From the NCBI RefSeq assembly GCF_036588685.1, contig NC_086373.1, positions 21,886,001-21,950,000 on the forward strand: 64,000 nucleotides of DNA, in the 5' to 3' direction. Positions 26,535 to 39,100 of this stretch are shown piece by piece. The notes beneath the pieces are model-generated. The model was not told the origin of the DNA. It made no database searches and saw nothing but the letters and a program-made list of their open reading frames with translations. The position numbers and the translations under genes are program-made. The DNA is from Mytilus trossulus. Lineage: Eukaryota. The number at the start of each line of letters is the position of its first letter. Position 1 is the first letter of the stretch.

Positions 26535-27512
26535 ATAGTTCAATAAACCCGTATGGTTAATATAAATCTTGTATATATTTATTTATAACCCCCGATGAAA
26601 CGTTAGTGGTCTTTTTTTTAAAGAAATTTTAGAAATGTTATTGCCGATTTGTCAATTTTGCTAGTCGTTAGTTAATGTGCTGTTTAATCAATCGAATTTA
26701 TTCAAAAGATGAAATATAGCATATAATTATTTATCATCTTTATCATCTATTTTTTGACATAATAATAATATTGACAAACAAGCAAACAGCAATATAGAGT
26801 AAAGTATACCTAATCCCTATGGAACAGTCGTCACGATACTTTCTCTGTTGCGGATAAAAGCTAACATGACATCATCAATGTATATATCGTACATTTTCTA
26901 TGCCTAAATATGTGATTGAAAAGTGAAATAAAAACTGTATTGCCAAAAATCTAATAATACGAAACACTACTTTCGAAATGGATTTTTTTAACCAGCTGGG
27001 ACGTCGCGCGGGTTACCAAGATCCTCTTTTGCTACACGATATACTGTAGCATTTGAGTTATGTGTTACACGGAATATTCTCTGGGATACCCCAAATTTGA
27101 CGTACGTTCACCTATAAGGTTTTTACTACTTTGAAAATTCAAAAACTTTTCATAAATTAAAGCCTAGTCGCGGTAATATTTTCGACAGTTTAAATACATC
27201 TGCTACAAATGAATAAAGACCTATCATGTCTTCTAGTAAGCACAAAAAAAAGACAAAAGGAGCAAGTGTAACCCATGTAATATGCTAATAGCAACTCCTG
27301 ATTTTACCAGTAATTTAACAGAAAAAACGTTCTATACTAAATCTTTCGAGCCTCTGTACTGTTCCACAGGACAATGTTCGTTAAAGAACTACTTAATGTT
27401 GGTTGAACTCGACAAACTTTGCTCAAAAGGATAACGCAAGACCGGTCTTAGAATAAAGATCCGCAATTCAGGGTTATATAAAATTAGAACTATTTTATAC
27501 ACTTCCTGTTAA

Positions 27513-28115
27513 TTTTAAGCTCACCTGGCCCATAGGGCCAAGTGAGCTTTTCTCATCACTTGTCGTCCGTCGTCGTTAACTTTTACAAAAATCTTCTCCT
27601 CTGAAACTACTGGGCCAAATTTAACCAAACTTAAGCCACAATCATCATTGGGGTATCTTGTTTTAAAAATTGGTCCGGTGACCCGGCCAACCGACCAAGA
27701 TGTCTGCCATGGGTAAAAATATAATATAGGGGGGGAAATGAAGATTTTGGCTTATAACTCTGAATCTAAGCATTTAGAGCAAATCTGACATGGGGTAAAT
27801 TTGTTTATCAGTTCAAGATTTATCTGCCCTGAAATTTGCAGATGAATTGGACAACAATTATTGTTTGGTTGCTGCCTCCGAATTGGTAATTTCAAGGCAA
27901 TTTTGCAGATTTTGGTTATTATCTTGAATATTTTTATGGATAGAGATAAACAGTAAACAGCAATAATGTTCAGCAAAGTAAGATCTACAAATAAGTCAAT
28001 ATGATCTAAATGGTCAGTTGACCCCTTCTTATTTAAAGTCATTTTTTACCATATCTTTAATATGCACATAGACCAAGGTGAGCGACACAGGCTCTTTATT
28101 AAGAGCCTCAAGTTT
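27513..28115 (+). mobile_element. HINE/DINE-1-like non-autonomous Helentron, both termini present
   Basis: 5' tttt-aagctcacctggcccatagggccaagtgagc hairpin, (gtc)n microsatellite, 3' ggtgagcgacacaggctct...agagcct-caagttt; gctcacc/ggtgagc subterminal inverted repeat. Confidence 0.75.
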
Positions 28116-28804
28116 AAAATGTTAGAGAGATTATGTACTTGCCAAAGGATGCATGAATACGTTTTCTCCAATTTAAAGACGTGTTTGTATAATCTATGAT
28201 GTAGCGCTTTTCCAACTTTTTAAACCAGTAAGATGAGGAAAAAATACCTTCCTGTTTACTTTACCAATAGATGAATCCATGCAATTAACATCAGCAACGT
28301 CTACATCACAAGGAGGTACCATATACAATTCGTTTTATTATCATAATCTGTTCTGATCCTATTACAGTGACATAAAAAACCATTACACCCAAAATATTTT
28401 ATTTTACACTACAGCATTACATGATCTTGATTTAGAACGGTACATGTACGGTACGGTACCCTCTGGCAATGTAAATATTAGGGTTTTAAACATAATTCAA
28501 CATGAAAATCTCTGAAAGGTGATTTATCATGATCCTAAGCTTAGAGAGCCCCATCACATCAATAATATTTGCTATCACATAAGCAACGTGACGGGTGCCA
28601 CATGTTGAGCAGGATCTGCTTACCCTTCCAGAGCAACTGAGTCTTGTTTTTTGGTGGGGTTCGTGTTGCTTATTCTTTAGTGTTCCATGTTGTGTCATGT
28701 GTACTATTGTTTGTCTATTTGTCTATTTCATTTTTAACCATAGTATTATCAGGTTTCTTTTTTCGATTTATGAGTTTGAATGTCCGTCTAGTGTCTTTCG
28801 TTCC

Positions 28805-28965
28805 TCTATTGGAACCATAACTTCAAAACGATTATGGATTATATTGAGGACTACGCCAGATCATGGGCTAAACGGGAATAAGTTGAACTGGGCACTTTGT
28901 CAGAATGAGTCAAAACATTCAGGTCTCTGATAAAACGATCCATTCTTCAGTTGAGAAAACCGGTG
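28805..28965 (+). pseudogene. Penelope-like ORF N-terminal remnant
   Basis: Translates WNHNFKTIMDYIEDYARSWAKRE*VELGTLSE*VKTFRSLIKR, resembling the pre-RT region of molluscan Penelope-like ORFs as I recall them; in-frame stops. Confidence 0.5.
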
Positions 28966-31469
28966 TCAATCCTTTAGAGTTCATCTGATTCTTTTCTTTT
29001 TTTCTTTATTCTCTTGATTTTTTTTATTAGTCGATTTATAAAATTTGCCTAATAGTTAACTACTGATGTCCACATTTAAATGCATTTCATATTTGAATGC
29101 TAGTTCTAGTTTTATTGCAAAACAACGAGACGTTCTTTAAAATAAATCAAAATCATTTTGGCTGTGTTTTTTAAGTCACAATTAAACATTATTAATCACT
29201 GACTTCCAACATATAACTTGGTATTATAAACAAAAGGGAAATGTTAGTGAGCAAACTATCTTGTTAAACTAAATCAAAAACAAAAAGTAGCGTGTGTGTT
29301 GATAAATGTTTGTCTGTTAAAGATTCAATTTACTGGTATTCATTCGTATGTTTTAGTGTATTATTTATTAGTCTTTGTACTATAAGTTTTTGTGTCTATA
29401 GTTTTTGTATAATTTTTTTCTCTATTGTCATTTCGTCATCTTAAACACTTTTTTCTTATTGCCCATTATACATCTTTCATTATAAAGATATTTTAATTCC
29501 AAAATACAATACATATAAAAGACGTTTGGTGAGACCATAGATGGTATGGTATTACATCTATGGTCAGATTAATGTAATATCACCCCCCCCCCCCTCCGAG
29601 AACGCTCGAATAAAAAAACAATTTAAAATACCAAATACAGTACGAAGTTCAAGAGCATTGAGGATAAAAAATTTCTAAATGATTTGCCAAATACAACTAT
29701 GGTTTTACATTACTGAGGTAGAACGCCTTCGTATTTCAAACAAAAAAATCAAACCTCTTTAAACAGTCAACTATAACAGTGACCAAATCATTGATAATTC
29801 ATGTCAACACAGAAGTGCTGACTACTAAAGTTATTCTGCAGAAACGAAAACGATCAAAGTGAAACGTTTGTGTTAAGTATTTGAGTTTCAAACATCTTGA
29901 ACTAAATTAATAATGAGACATTATTAGTCGAAATATGCATCTGGTTCAGTAAAATTGATACCGTAACTGTTATTTATCTAATAATTCTTTTGAAAAATAA
30001 AATATATCCTGACAAATAACCACAGTAATTTATATCACAAAATAGCTTAGATGCGTGAATACGAGATGTTGGAAGCTGCACTGGACATGTTTTTTTTAAT
30101 GACAAAGTGTTGAAATACGCATGTCGATATCAGTGGTTTGTGTGCACGTAAAATGTAACTTTACAGGGTGTTAATATATGATGTGTGTCTCTGTTTGTAC
30201 TGTCTTTCCGTCTGACTGATGAAATCACTTCTATAAATCATATATTCCAGCTATTAGAATTGACAGGTTCATTAGTGATTGAATTGATTGTTAATGGGAC
30301 GATTAAAGGATGTTTGATGGGACTTTTAGAAAATTGCCGATTTAAAAAGCAAACATATAGATTAGCATCAATAAAAACAATAATAGTGTTTCAAAATTGA
30401 TTTCTTGTCATCAAACATTATCTCAGGGTACTGTTTTAACAAATTGATACTATTTGATCAATTTTCAATTTAGAAATAACCGATTCTTGTTTGTTTAATA
30501 TTTTACCAAGTTAAGAAAATCTTGGCGATAATGCATTTACAGTCAGAAGAGATGTTATATGAAATAACAGTTTAATTGCAAATAGAATATTAAGCAGGAT
30601 ACAGATTGGTACTTAGCTTTTGTGCAATTACTCAAATATTTACTTCGTGTTTGCATTTAATCAAAGGTATTTATAAATCCGTTGTCAATCCTTTAATCCT
30701 ACAGTCCAATTGAGTCTTTAAATATCATTTTATAACAAGCATTGCGGTGAATTGAATAAGTACAGACACACAGTTTATAGCATATGATATGGGCTTTTTC
30801 TGACACAACCTTACAACGTATATGGCATAAGGTAAACATACTTGTTAGCCTTTTATTCTGCCCAAATCTTGGTCAGGACCGTAGCACTGAAACGTAAGAA
30901 CAAACATTTGGGAAGGATTATATTTATCCGATTGTTGTACAACACAAAAACTTATAAGATGGCAATTAACAGAGTATTCAAAGTAATTCAAATACTAAAT
31001 TAAACTAATGTACTATGTTTTCCCATCCTAGTATCAGAATAAATATCAATCAGTTTATCATTAGCTTAATGCCAAGACAAATTCAGATGTACAGTCTTGA
31101 AATTGTATAGTGCCGAAAGATGGCTCTACACACTAGTTTACATTTTGTTATTATATTGAGCCAATATTACACTTATACGAGTTCAAATGTCCCCTAAAAA
31201 TGCCTATTTTAGTCAACGGATTTACTGAATATTTTTTTTATATTTGAATATAAAAATATCAGTTAATCTAAAACTGTTGCTTTAGTTAAACACTTATGTG
31301 TCATATAGTTAGTATTTGGATTTTATAAATACCAATCAAATGTTAAATTGAACCGTTTCTTCCCTTACTCTCTAAAAATCAAATGTTTCCATGCTCATAT
31401 CAAAATGTTGAGCTGCTCATTTTGTCGTCTGTAGAACATAAGAAATTTTCCTTATCCCACATTTGACAT

Positions 31470-32310
31470 GAAAGAGGGACGAAAAATACCAGAGGGACAG
31501 TGAAACTCGTAAATCGGAAATAAACTGACAACGACTGGCTAAACATGAAAGAAGACAAACAGACAAACAATAGAACACATTCCAGAACATAGAAAACTAA
31601 AGAATAAGCAACACGAACCGCCACCAAAAACAAGGGGTGATCTCAGGTGCTCCGGAATGAAGGCATATTCTGCTCCACATGTGGCACCCGTTGTGTTGCT
31701 TATGTGAAAACAAATCCGGTAAATATTCTAATTCGGTAGATCACATTCATGAAAGGGAAGGGGATTATAGTTACGACGTAAGGAACATTTCTGATATCAT
31801 TTGTTAAACGGTTATTCCATAACTGTCAACCAACTCGTGATGGCGTCCGTAAAATTTAGGAAGGGATGATTTCATCTTTATCTTTTCTCTTGGTGTGATA
31901 GCTCCCTTGTTAGCAAAAAACCTCTATTAAGAAAATTATGATAGGAAAAGCAGGACGGGAATATCGTATCAATTGGGAAATATATACCCCGTATGCAGGT
32001 GCTGCTGGAATGTTGCTACTTAGAAATGACAAGTTCACAATTGGAAAGCTGAAATCATTTCTTTACAAATTTTAAATTATTTCGTGAAAGTCATCTGTAT
32101 AGCGGAAAGTAGAGTTAAAGGATATTGCTAACTTTTTATCTTTCTTCCTAAGAAGTTCCTGAATATCATCAGGATCATATTAATAAAGAAACAAGTCGGC
32201 AAGAAGAGGGGCACAATTGGTTCCCATTTGAATGCCGTCAGTCTGTTGAAAAACATATGTTCCGAACGTAACAAATATGTTGTCAATAAAAAAATCAAGC
32301 ATCTTGATGA
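31470..32310 (-). pseudogene. Penelope-like retroelement RT remnant with an internal deletion, plus 3' region
   Basis: Reverse complement reads IKMLDFFIDNIFVTFG..VFQQTDGIQMGTNCAPLLADLFLY*...SFNSTFRY, then DFSFPIVN..FLSSNIPAAPAYGVYISQLIRYSR; the catalytic DD segment is deleted. Confidence 0.85.
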
Positions 32311-33681
32311 TGAACTTAATTTGACTCTTTTAAATTTGTTGTATTCAAGCGTTATTGATAAGTCATCAATAATATTATACAAACGCATGTTTGTCGTCCT
32401 GCTATCTGTGTTGAGTGTATTTATACTCACAGGGTCGATGAATGTACTGATGGAGGTTTCCTGCAAGTAGTCAGCTGTTCTGTAATAACACGAATGATCA
32501 ATAATTGAAATGGTCATGATTATAAATTAACTGTTTACAAAACTTTGAATGTTTCGAAAAACTGCATATAATTACTACAGAAATTATGAAGATATCAATA
32601 TTAGTATTTTGTGTCATCAAGTGATAATGGACGTCATAAAAAACCTCCAAAAAAACACAAGAAACTAAAATTAAAAATATCACAAGACTAACAAAGTCCA
32701 GAGGCTCCTGACTTGGGACAGGCTCTAAAATGTGGCAAGGTTTGAGAAACCAGCCCTTACTATTACATATTTCTTTAGAACGAATATGTTTCATTTTTTA
32801 ATATTAATGACCGGAGAATAAAGACTATTTTGACACATTCCCCATTTCCATTCTCAATTTTATATTATACATTTTGAGGACATTTCAATGAGATGTGTTT
32901 ATACGATAAACATACTGAGATTTTTCTTGTACATCTTAAAGTTTCTGAAGCAATATATATTATGGAGCAGAGTGTCCTTTATATTCTAGATATTTTAGTC
33001 TTTGTCGGATTATACTTGTTTTGTAATGGATGTTTCATTTATTTTTTATTACATATAATAGCTTTTATATAGCGCTTATCTAATAAACATAATACTCTAA
33101 GTGCTTAACATCATGTATTGCATCAGGTGACCCTTGTAAATTGGCTTAATAAAATGATGGTTTTCAATGCTTTTTTTTTACTTGTGCAACCAATACAATA
33201 TGTATAAACTAATTTTGTATTATTTTCTACTTTGAGTCTTCTGAAAAAGTAGTTGTGTAGTAGGAATTGGTATACATTGCTTAATCCAATATGCCAAACA
33301 TGCAAGGTCAATGAACCAAAAAAGGAGGTACAGACGCAAATAACCTCCTTTGAAATAAAATGTCAATGCTTATGAAAACGCATAGCAAAAACAAATGATT
33401 TATCATGAAAGGTTCCTTTTAGCGTCTCGACTAAAATATCACACAAAACAATGATACATATTATCGAGACCTGTCTGGTAACTTTTTAAGATTTTTTATA
33501 TTGTAGTATGTTATAAATCAAATATGAGAAATTAACTCAAATCGGCATTGACAGCCAATGTCAATTTAAAAGAGAATACTTTGAAATAAAATTTAAACAT
33601 AGAGATATATCTCGCCTTTGAGTAATTTTGATAGTATTTGACAAATCTTGAAAATTTAATGGCAATATTTAAACATTAATT

Positions 33682-34791
33682 ATTGTCCATTTGACTTCTA
33701 TATATTTGCAGAAAAAAATTCTTAAAAATTCATTTTTATGAATTAATAATTTTTTCCTTGATGTATGTTAATATATGGTATATACGAACTCTGACTATTA
33801 ATTTCATAACTTTTGGTCAATATTTAAAAAAAAGTTTCCCATTAGGTAACTATGTTAATTTTATTTTTTGAAGTGTTGATTACCTGATGGAGTAAGTATA
33901 AGTAGTGTAACGGCCTTCTTAACAAAACAAAAACAACATACATGTGCTTTTAATGTTTGTTTATTTGTACCATGTGACTTTGCATATTTAAATATTAAGA
34001 TGACCTCTACTGACCATCAACTAAATTGAGTTTTCATGTCATGTGATTATAATAGTTGTTCTATCTATGATAAGAAACTGTAATTTCCATTTTTTTTAAA
34101 CCATTAGATATAGTATAAACTAGTAAAAGAGTACTTTATAGGGAAAGGATATGACAATGAATATTGTTTTTTATGTTTACCTTCATATGTTATGTTAGTG
34201 GACATTTAGTAATGACAGAATTTACCAACTATAAAAACATTTTTTTATATTTTCATAAATTGTTTGCTTCCAAGATGTGCATTTTGCACATTAATAAATA
34301 ACTGAATGTTTATTAACTAAAACCTGTTTTTTTAACTATTCAGAGTCTCTTTTTATTGTTATACAACTCACCATGATGAAAGCATAAAAAGCTTGTGTAT
34401 AGTAAGTTAACTTATATAATGATATAAAATCAATAATCAAAACTACAAAGTGATGATCATTTTCTTTGGTGTCCTTTAATATTCAAATTGGTATAGTCAC
34501 ATGATACAAATAAACAAACATTAAAAGCACATGTATGTTGTTTTTGTTTTGTTTAGAAGGCATTCACACTACTTATACTTACTCCATCAGGTAATCAACA
34601 CTTCAAAAAATAAAATTAACATAGAGACCTAATGGGAAACTGTTTTAATTATTGACCAAAAATTATGAAATTAATAGTCAGAGTTCGTATATACCATATT
34701 ATAATATACATCGAGGAAAAACATATTAATTCATAAAAATGAATTTTTAAGATTTTTTTTCTGCAAATATATAGAAGTCAAATGGACAATA
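33682..34791. repeat. Long inverted repeat: arms of about 297 bp (33682-33979 / 34495-34791), spacer about 515 bp
   Basis: tattgtccatttgacttctatatatttgcagaaaaaaa...tttgtaccatgtgact is the high-identity reverse complement of agtcacatgatacaaataaac...ctgcaaatatatagaagtcaaatggacaata. Confidence 0.9.
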
Positions 34792-34798
34792 TGTCAAA

Positions 34799-35449
34799 AA
34801 TACATTTGACGTGAAACTGTACTTATGTATCCCGTCAAACTTTGACCCACACAATTATTTTATATATCATTATTACTTTTACTGTTAAATCTGTTTTGTT
34901 ATATCTACTTTAAGTGACTCTAAATGTATGTAGCAGTCATACTTTGAACGACAAAATTATTTTTATGTCTACCTGTGCGAATTTCAAGCGCACAATTTTA
35001 CACCAGTACTGAACACCTTCTATCCTTTACGGGAAGACTTTACATACATGAATTAAGTTGTATTAGAAAAACAAAATTAGTATGTTAAATTTGATGTATG
35101 CCTTTTTGTGCTTCTTCGTTCGTTTGATGTTTTTACAGTGATATTAAGATGATAACACATTATTGACTGTTGTTCCCCTATTTTGACATTTTTACTCTTT
35201 GAGTATGTTTGTTTTGTTCATTCATACTTGACAATGTAATGGAATATGATGCGACTGTCATAAAAGTGAGAGGTTTAACTAGCTATAAAACCAGGTTCAA
35301 TCCACCATTTTCTACATTAGAAAATGCCTGTAGCAAGTCAGGAATATGACAGTTGTTATCTATTCGTTTTATGTGTTTGGACTTTTGATTTTTGATTTTC
35401 CTTTTTGAATTTTCCTCGGAGTTTAGTATTTTTGTGTTTTTACTTTTAC
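34799..35449 (+). mobile_element. Retroposed repeat flanked by a 17-bp target-site duplication
   Basis: atggacaatatgtcaaa at 34782-34798 and 35450-35466; body shared with about 59290-59840 and with the reverse complement at 20735-21020. Confidence 0.75.
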
Positions 35450-36162
35450 ATGGACAATATGTCAAACATGCAAGGTCAATGAACCGTGATTGAAGGTACA
35501 GGCGCATCAATAACATCAATTAAAATGAAATGCCAATGCCTATAAAAATGCATAGCAAATACAAATAATTTATCATAAAAGATTCCCTCTAATGTAATAT
35601 CCACATACACTTACACGTGTAAAATAATGTCGAGAGACCATGACTGAATGTTTCGGCCAAACATTCGATTTAGAAATGACCCTTGTAAGTGTTATTACCA
35701 CTGCACTCCAAATATTTTTGACTTATCATTAGTGGTTCATCTCAAACGTTAACATGCAAGCTATGTACAACATTCAAATGTAATAGACCATGACTTCGGG
35801 AGCTTGTACAAATGTTATTTTGAATTAATCTTGGATTTTATATATCATTTTTTTTCTAATTCACCAGATAGTATCAACATATTTTTATCAGACTGTTTCA
35901 TATTCTTTCAAGAAAAAATTCAACGTAAATGTTTAAAACAATATAATGAATAACAAAGTATGATTATGAAAATTATGAAATAATGAAAAACAGTATGAAA
36001 TTTTCTATGTGTACACCACATGTTTCTGCTGGAGGTCGAAGGTATGTATACTCAAAGCAAAAAAAGAGTTAATGCTACATTACTACACATAATTTACAGG
36101 TTGTATTTATATATATTTCCAACTCCCAATATTCATGATATTTATATTTTAGTTTGTATTTG

Positions 36163-39100
36163 TTACACACGATTTTTCCAGTCACTGTAATGATTGACAT
36201 TTCCATTTAAGTAATGTTTTGGTAATTCTTGTTGTCTTGTGTCCTTTCTTACTGATGGGTTAGATTTCTCCTTATATTTATCAGATTGCTTCTTCTTAGG
36301 CTCTGGTGGTGTTCTGCATTTATGAACACCAAAAGCACAACATTCCAACATTAATTGGAAAAGTTCAAACATACTGATTATAGATAACCCAATCCATAAA
36401 CCAATAGCACCACCGACATCCGAGGCAAACTGTTGAACCTAGAATATATAAAAATCTCTAAAAAGCAAACCTGCATAGTTATAGTCAACCTGCCATCGCA
36501 GAAAATACATCGTTTTGATTTTTTTTCAGTCATAAGTAAACATTCAGCAGGGCTAGGGCATATGAATATTAAGATTCTGACTTCATAAAGTCAATTGAAA
36601 CAACATAAAACTAAGAAGTAACTTATTAAGATTTAATTTCTGCATACCAGTCCAGTATAAGAAATAAAATCTTCATAAAAAAAATATATATTAACAATGA
36701 GTAAGTATAATCAAATTACCTCTATTTCAGGTGTCTCTTCAATCAATTCATAATTCAAATCTTCAAAATATATCTTTATCTTGACAAAGTTATGCCTAAA
36801 ATAAAAATGATTATATGTAAAGAAGTGTATTGGAGTGCACGTGTAATACATCAAAGTTTAAATCGACATCAGAAGAAAAATCAAGCAATGAATTCACAAA
36901 CGAACATTAGTAAAACTAGTTTATTGCAACCAATCGAAGTACGAATAGAGAAGTTGACAGGTGAAAAATTTTCTGCTCTGCCCTACAATTTTAAGGTCAT
37001 GTCCATGTCACAACAAAAATTTAAACATCAATAATAAATGGACATAGATTATAATCCTGCACAAAACTGACACACATGAGAGTGCAATTACGTGAGTCAC
37101 CCCTAAAAGTAAGAACAGACGTTGGGACAACAGGACAAGGTAAACATGGATCTTCTATACATGCATCATAAGTCTGACGGTTCATGGATATAGTATATCC
37201 ATTGGCGCATGTTAATAACCGAAAGATTGCAAAACTGGTAAAAATGTTAATGAATATAAAGAAGTCAAACTTGATATCAATAGAACTATATATATAATGA
37301 CATTACGAGTCCAAAGAAATACAAAGGATTTATAGACTGCAAATGACGGTTGTTTCTGAAGCCTCGGTCACACCTTACCGGATAGCACGAACGGACGACT
37401 AACGGATGGAAATAAAAGTTGTCCGTTGACAAAATTGTTATCCGTTGGGAGTCCGTTTATGTACTGACCGAAAATAAAACGGATGTGTAACGGATGTGTA
37501 ACGGATGTCTAACGGACACACACCGGATATGCAACGTACGAGAAACGGAAAAGTACCGGACAGAACGGATGTCGAACGTTCATCCAACGGACGAGTACCG
37601 CATAAAACGTACACCTAACGAAAGCGTATCGGATAATACGGATGAACAATATATACGGAAAAATTAAAGGCGACAATAATAATACATGTACATCGCATAA
37701 AATTTTTAATGTTTAGGTGTAACTGGTTTTGGTTTATTCTTTGAAATACCGCATTTCTGAGGCGAAATTTTCAATTGGCATTATTAATCCGTTTCAGATC
37801 CGTTCATCATCCGTTTTATCCATTATACGTCCAGTAGAAGTCTGTTTCTCATTCGTTCAACATTCGTTTTATCCGTTAAACGATCGGTAGAAGTCCGTTG
37901 ATGAATTTATTTATCTTCCAGACCTCCAACGGATGTATAACGGACACGTAAAGGATACAAAACGGAAACGAAACGGACGAGTGCCATACAAAACGGACGC
38001 CTAGCGGACGTTCAACGGGCATTTTATCCGTTGGACGTCCGTTTAATGTTTTGAACATGCTCTAAATTTTCCACCGGACAGAACGGACGTCGACGGATAA
38101 AACGTACGCTTAACGGACATGCAACGGATATGGACGGACGTCTAAAGGATAACAATGGACGTATAACGGACATGAACGGATTGAAAAAAAGTTATCCGTT
38201 AGGCGTCCGTTTGAGCTATCCGGTAAGGTGTGACCGAGGCTTTATAGCTATCTTTTATTTCAAATCAATAGCAAGAAAATCAAGGATTAGAGAAGAATAC
38301 ATCGACTAGCATGTAACACTTAATCAAAGATACACAGTACTAGACTTATAATATCGCCACTCGCGCATTTCGTTTAGATTAGATTTATAAGTCACCTCTT
38401 TCGAAATGTTTTCATCTTTGAATTTTATATTTTGCAATTGTTTTTGACATTTAATGCTATGTATAATGTAATGCCACTTGAATATCACTTACATTTTACA
38501 TTTTGTAGATTAATAAAAAAAAACCCACATTCATAGAAAGTTTGTACTGCAAACATAAACTGTCAATCAAAAGGCAGAAAACACTGTAGTTGCTCATAAA
38601 ATAAACTCATCATAGATACCAGGACCGAAATTTTATAAAACAGATAAGCAAAATGAAATCAAAAATTACAGAGGGCGAACTCTACTTGAATATGGCTGAC
38701 ATAAGAGATTCCACTTGCAGAAAATTAAGGAAAACAATACAATTCGTAGAAATGACTTTTCAGCATTTGGACAAATTGATAATGTATATAATAAGGGAAG
38801 AGGAATATAAGTTCTTACCCTAAAGCACGATAATCGTTTCCTTTACTTGCCATTTGATCGCAAGCCTGTTTCGGGAGTTTTTCACATACACCTTCCATTA
38901 AAACATTCTGTAATATAAAAACAAATAATTTATAGGATGAAAGCAGTTGGAGAGTTTTTAAAACAAGTACTTATTTGTGTATACTTTGAAAACTATTTAT
39001 TAAATACGGAGATGTGGTATGGCTGCAAAAGGCACTACTATGCAACAAAGTCCAAATGAAGCGGGTTTTAGCATTTACAGGTTACTTTATTGCTTCAATA

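Noticed and set aside
32128-32517. 129-aa ORF as an independent gene
   Set aside because: Off-frame read-through of the Penelope-like RT remnant and flanking DNA.
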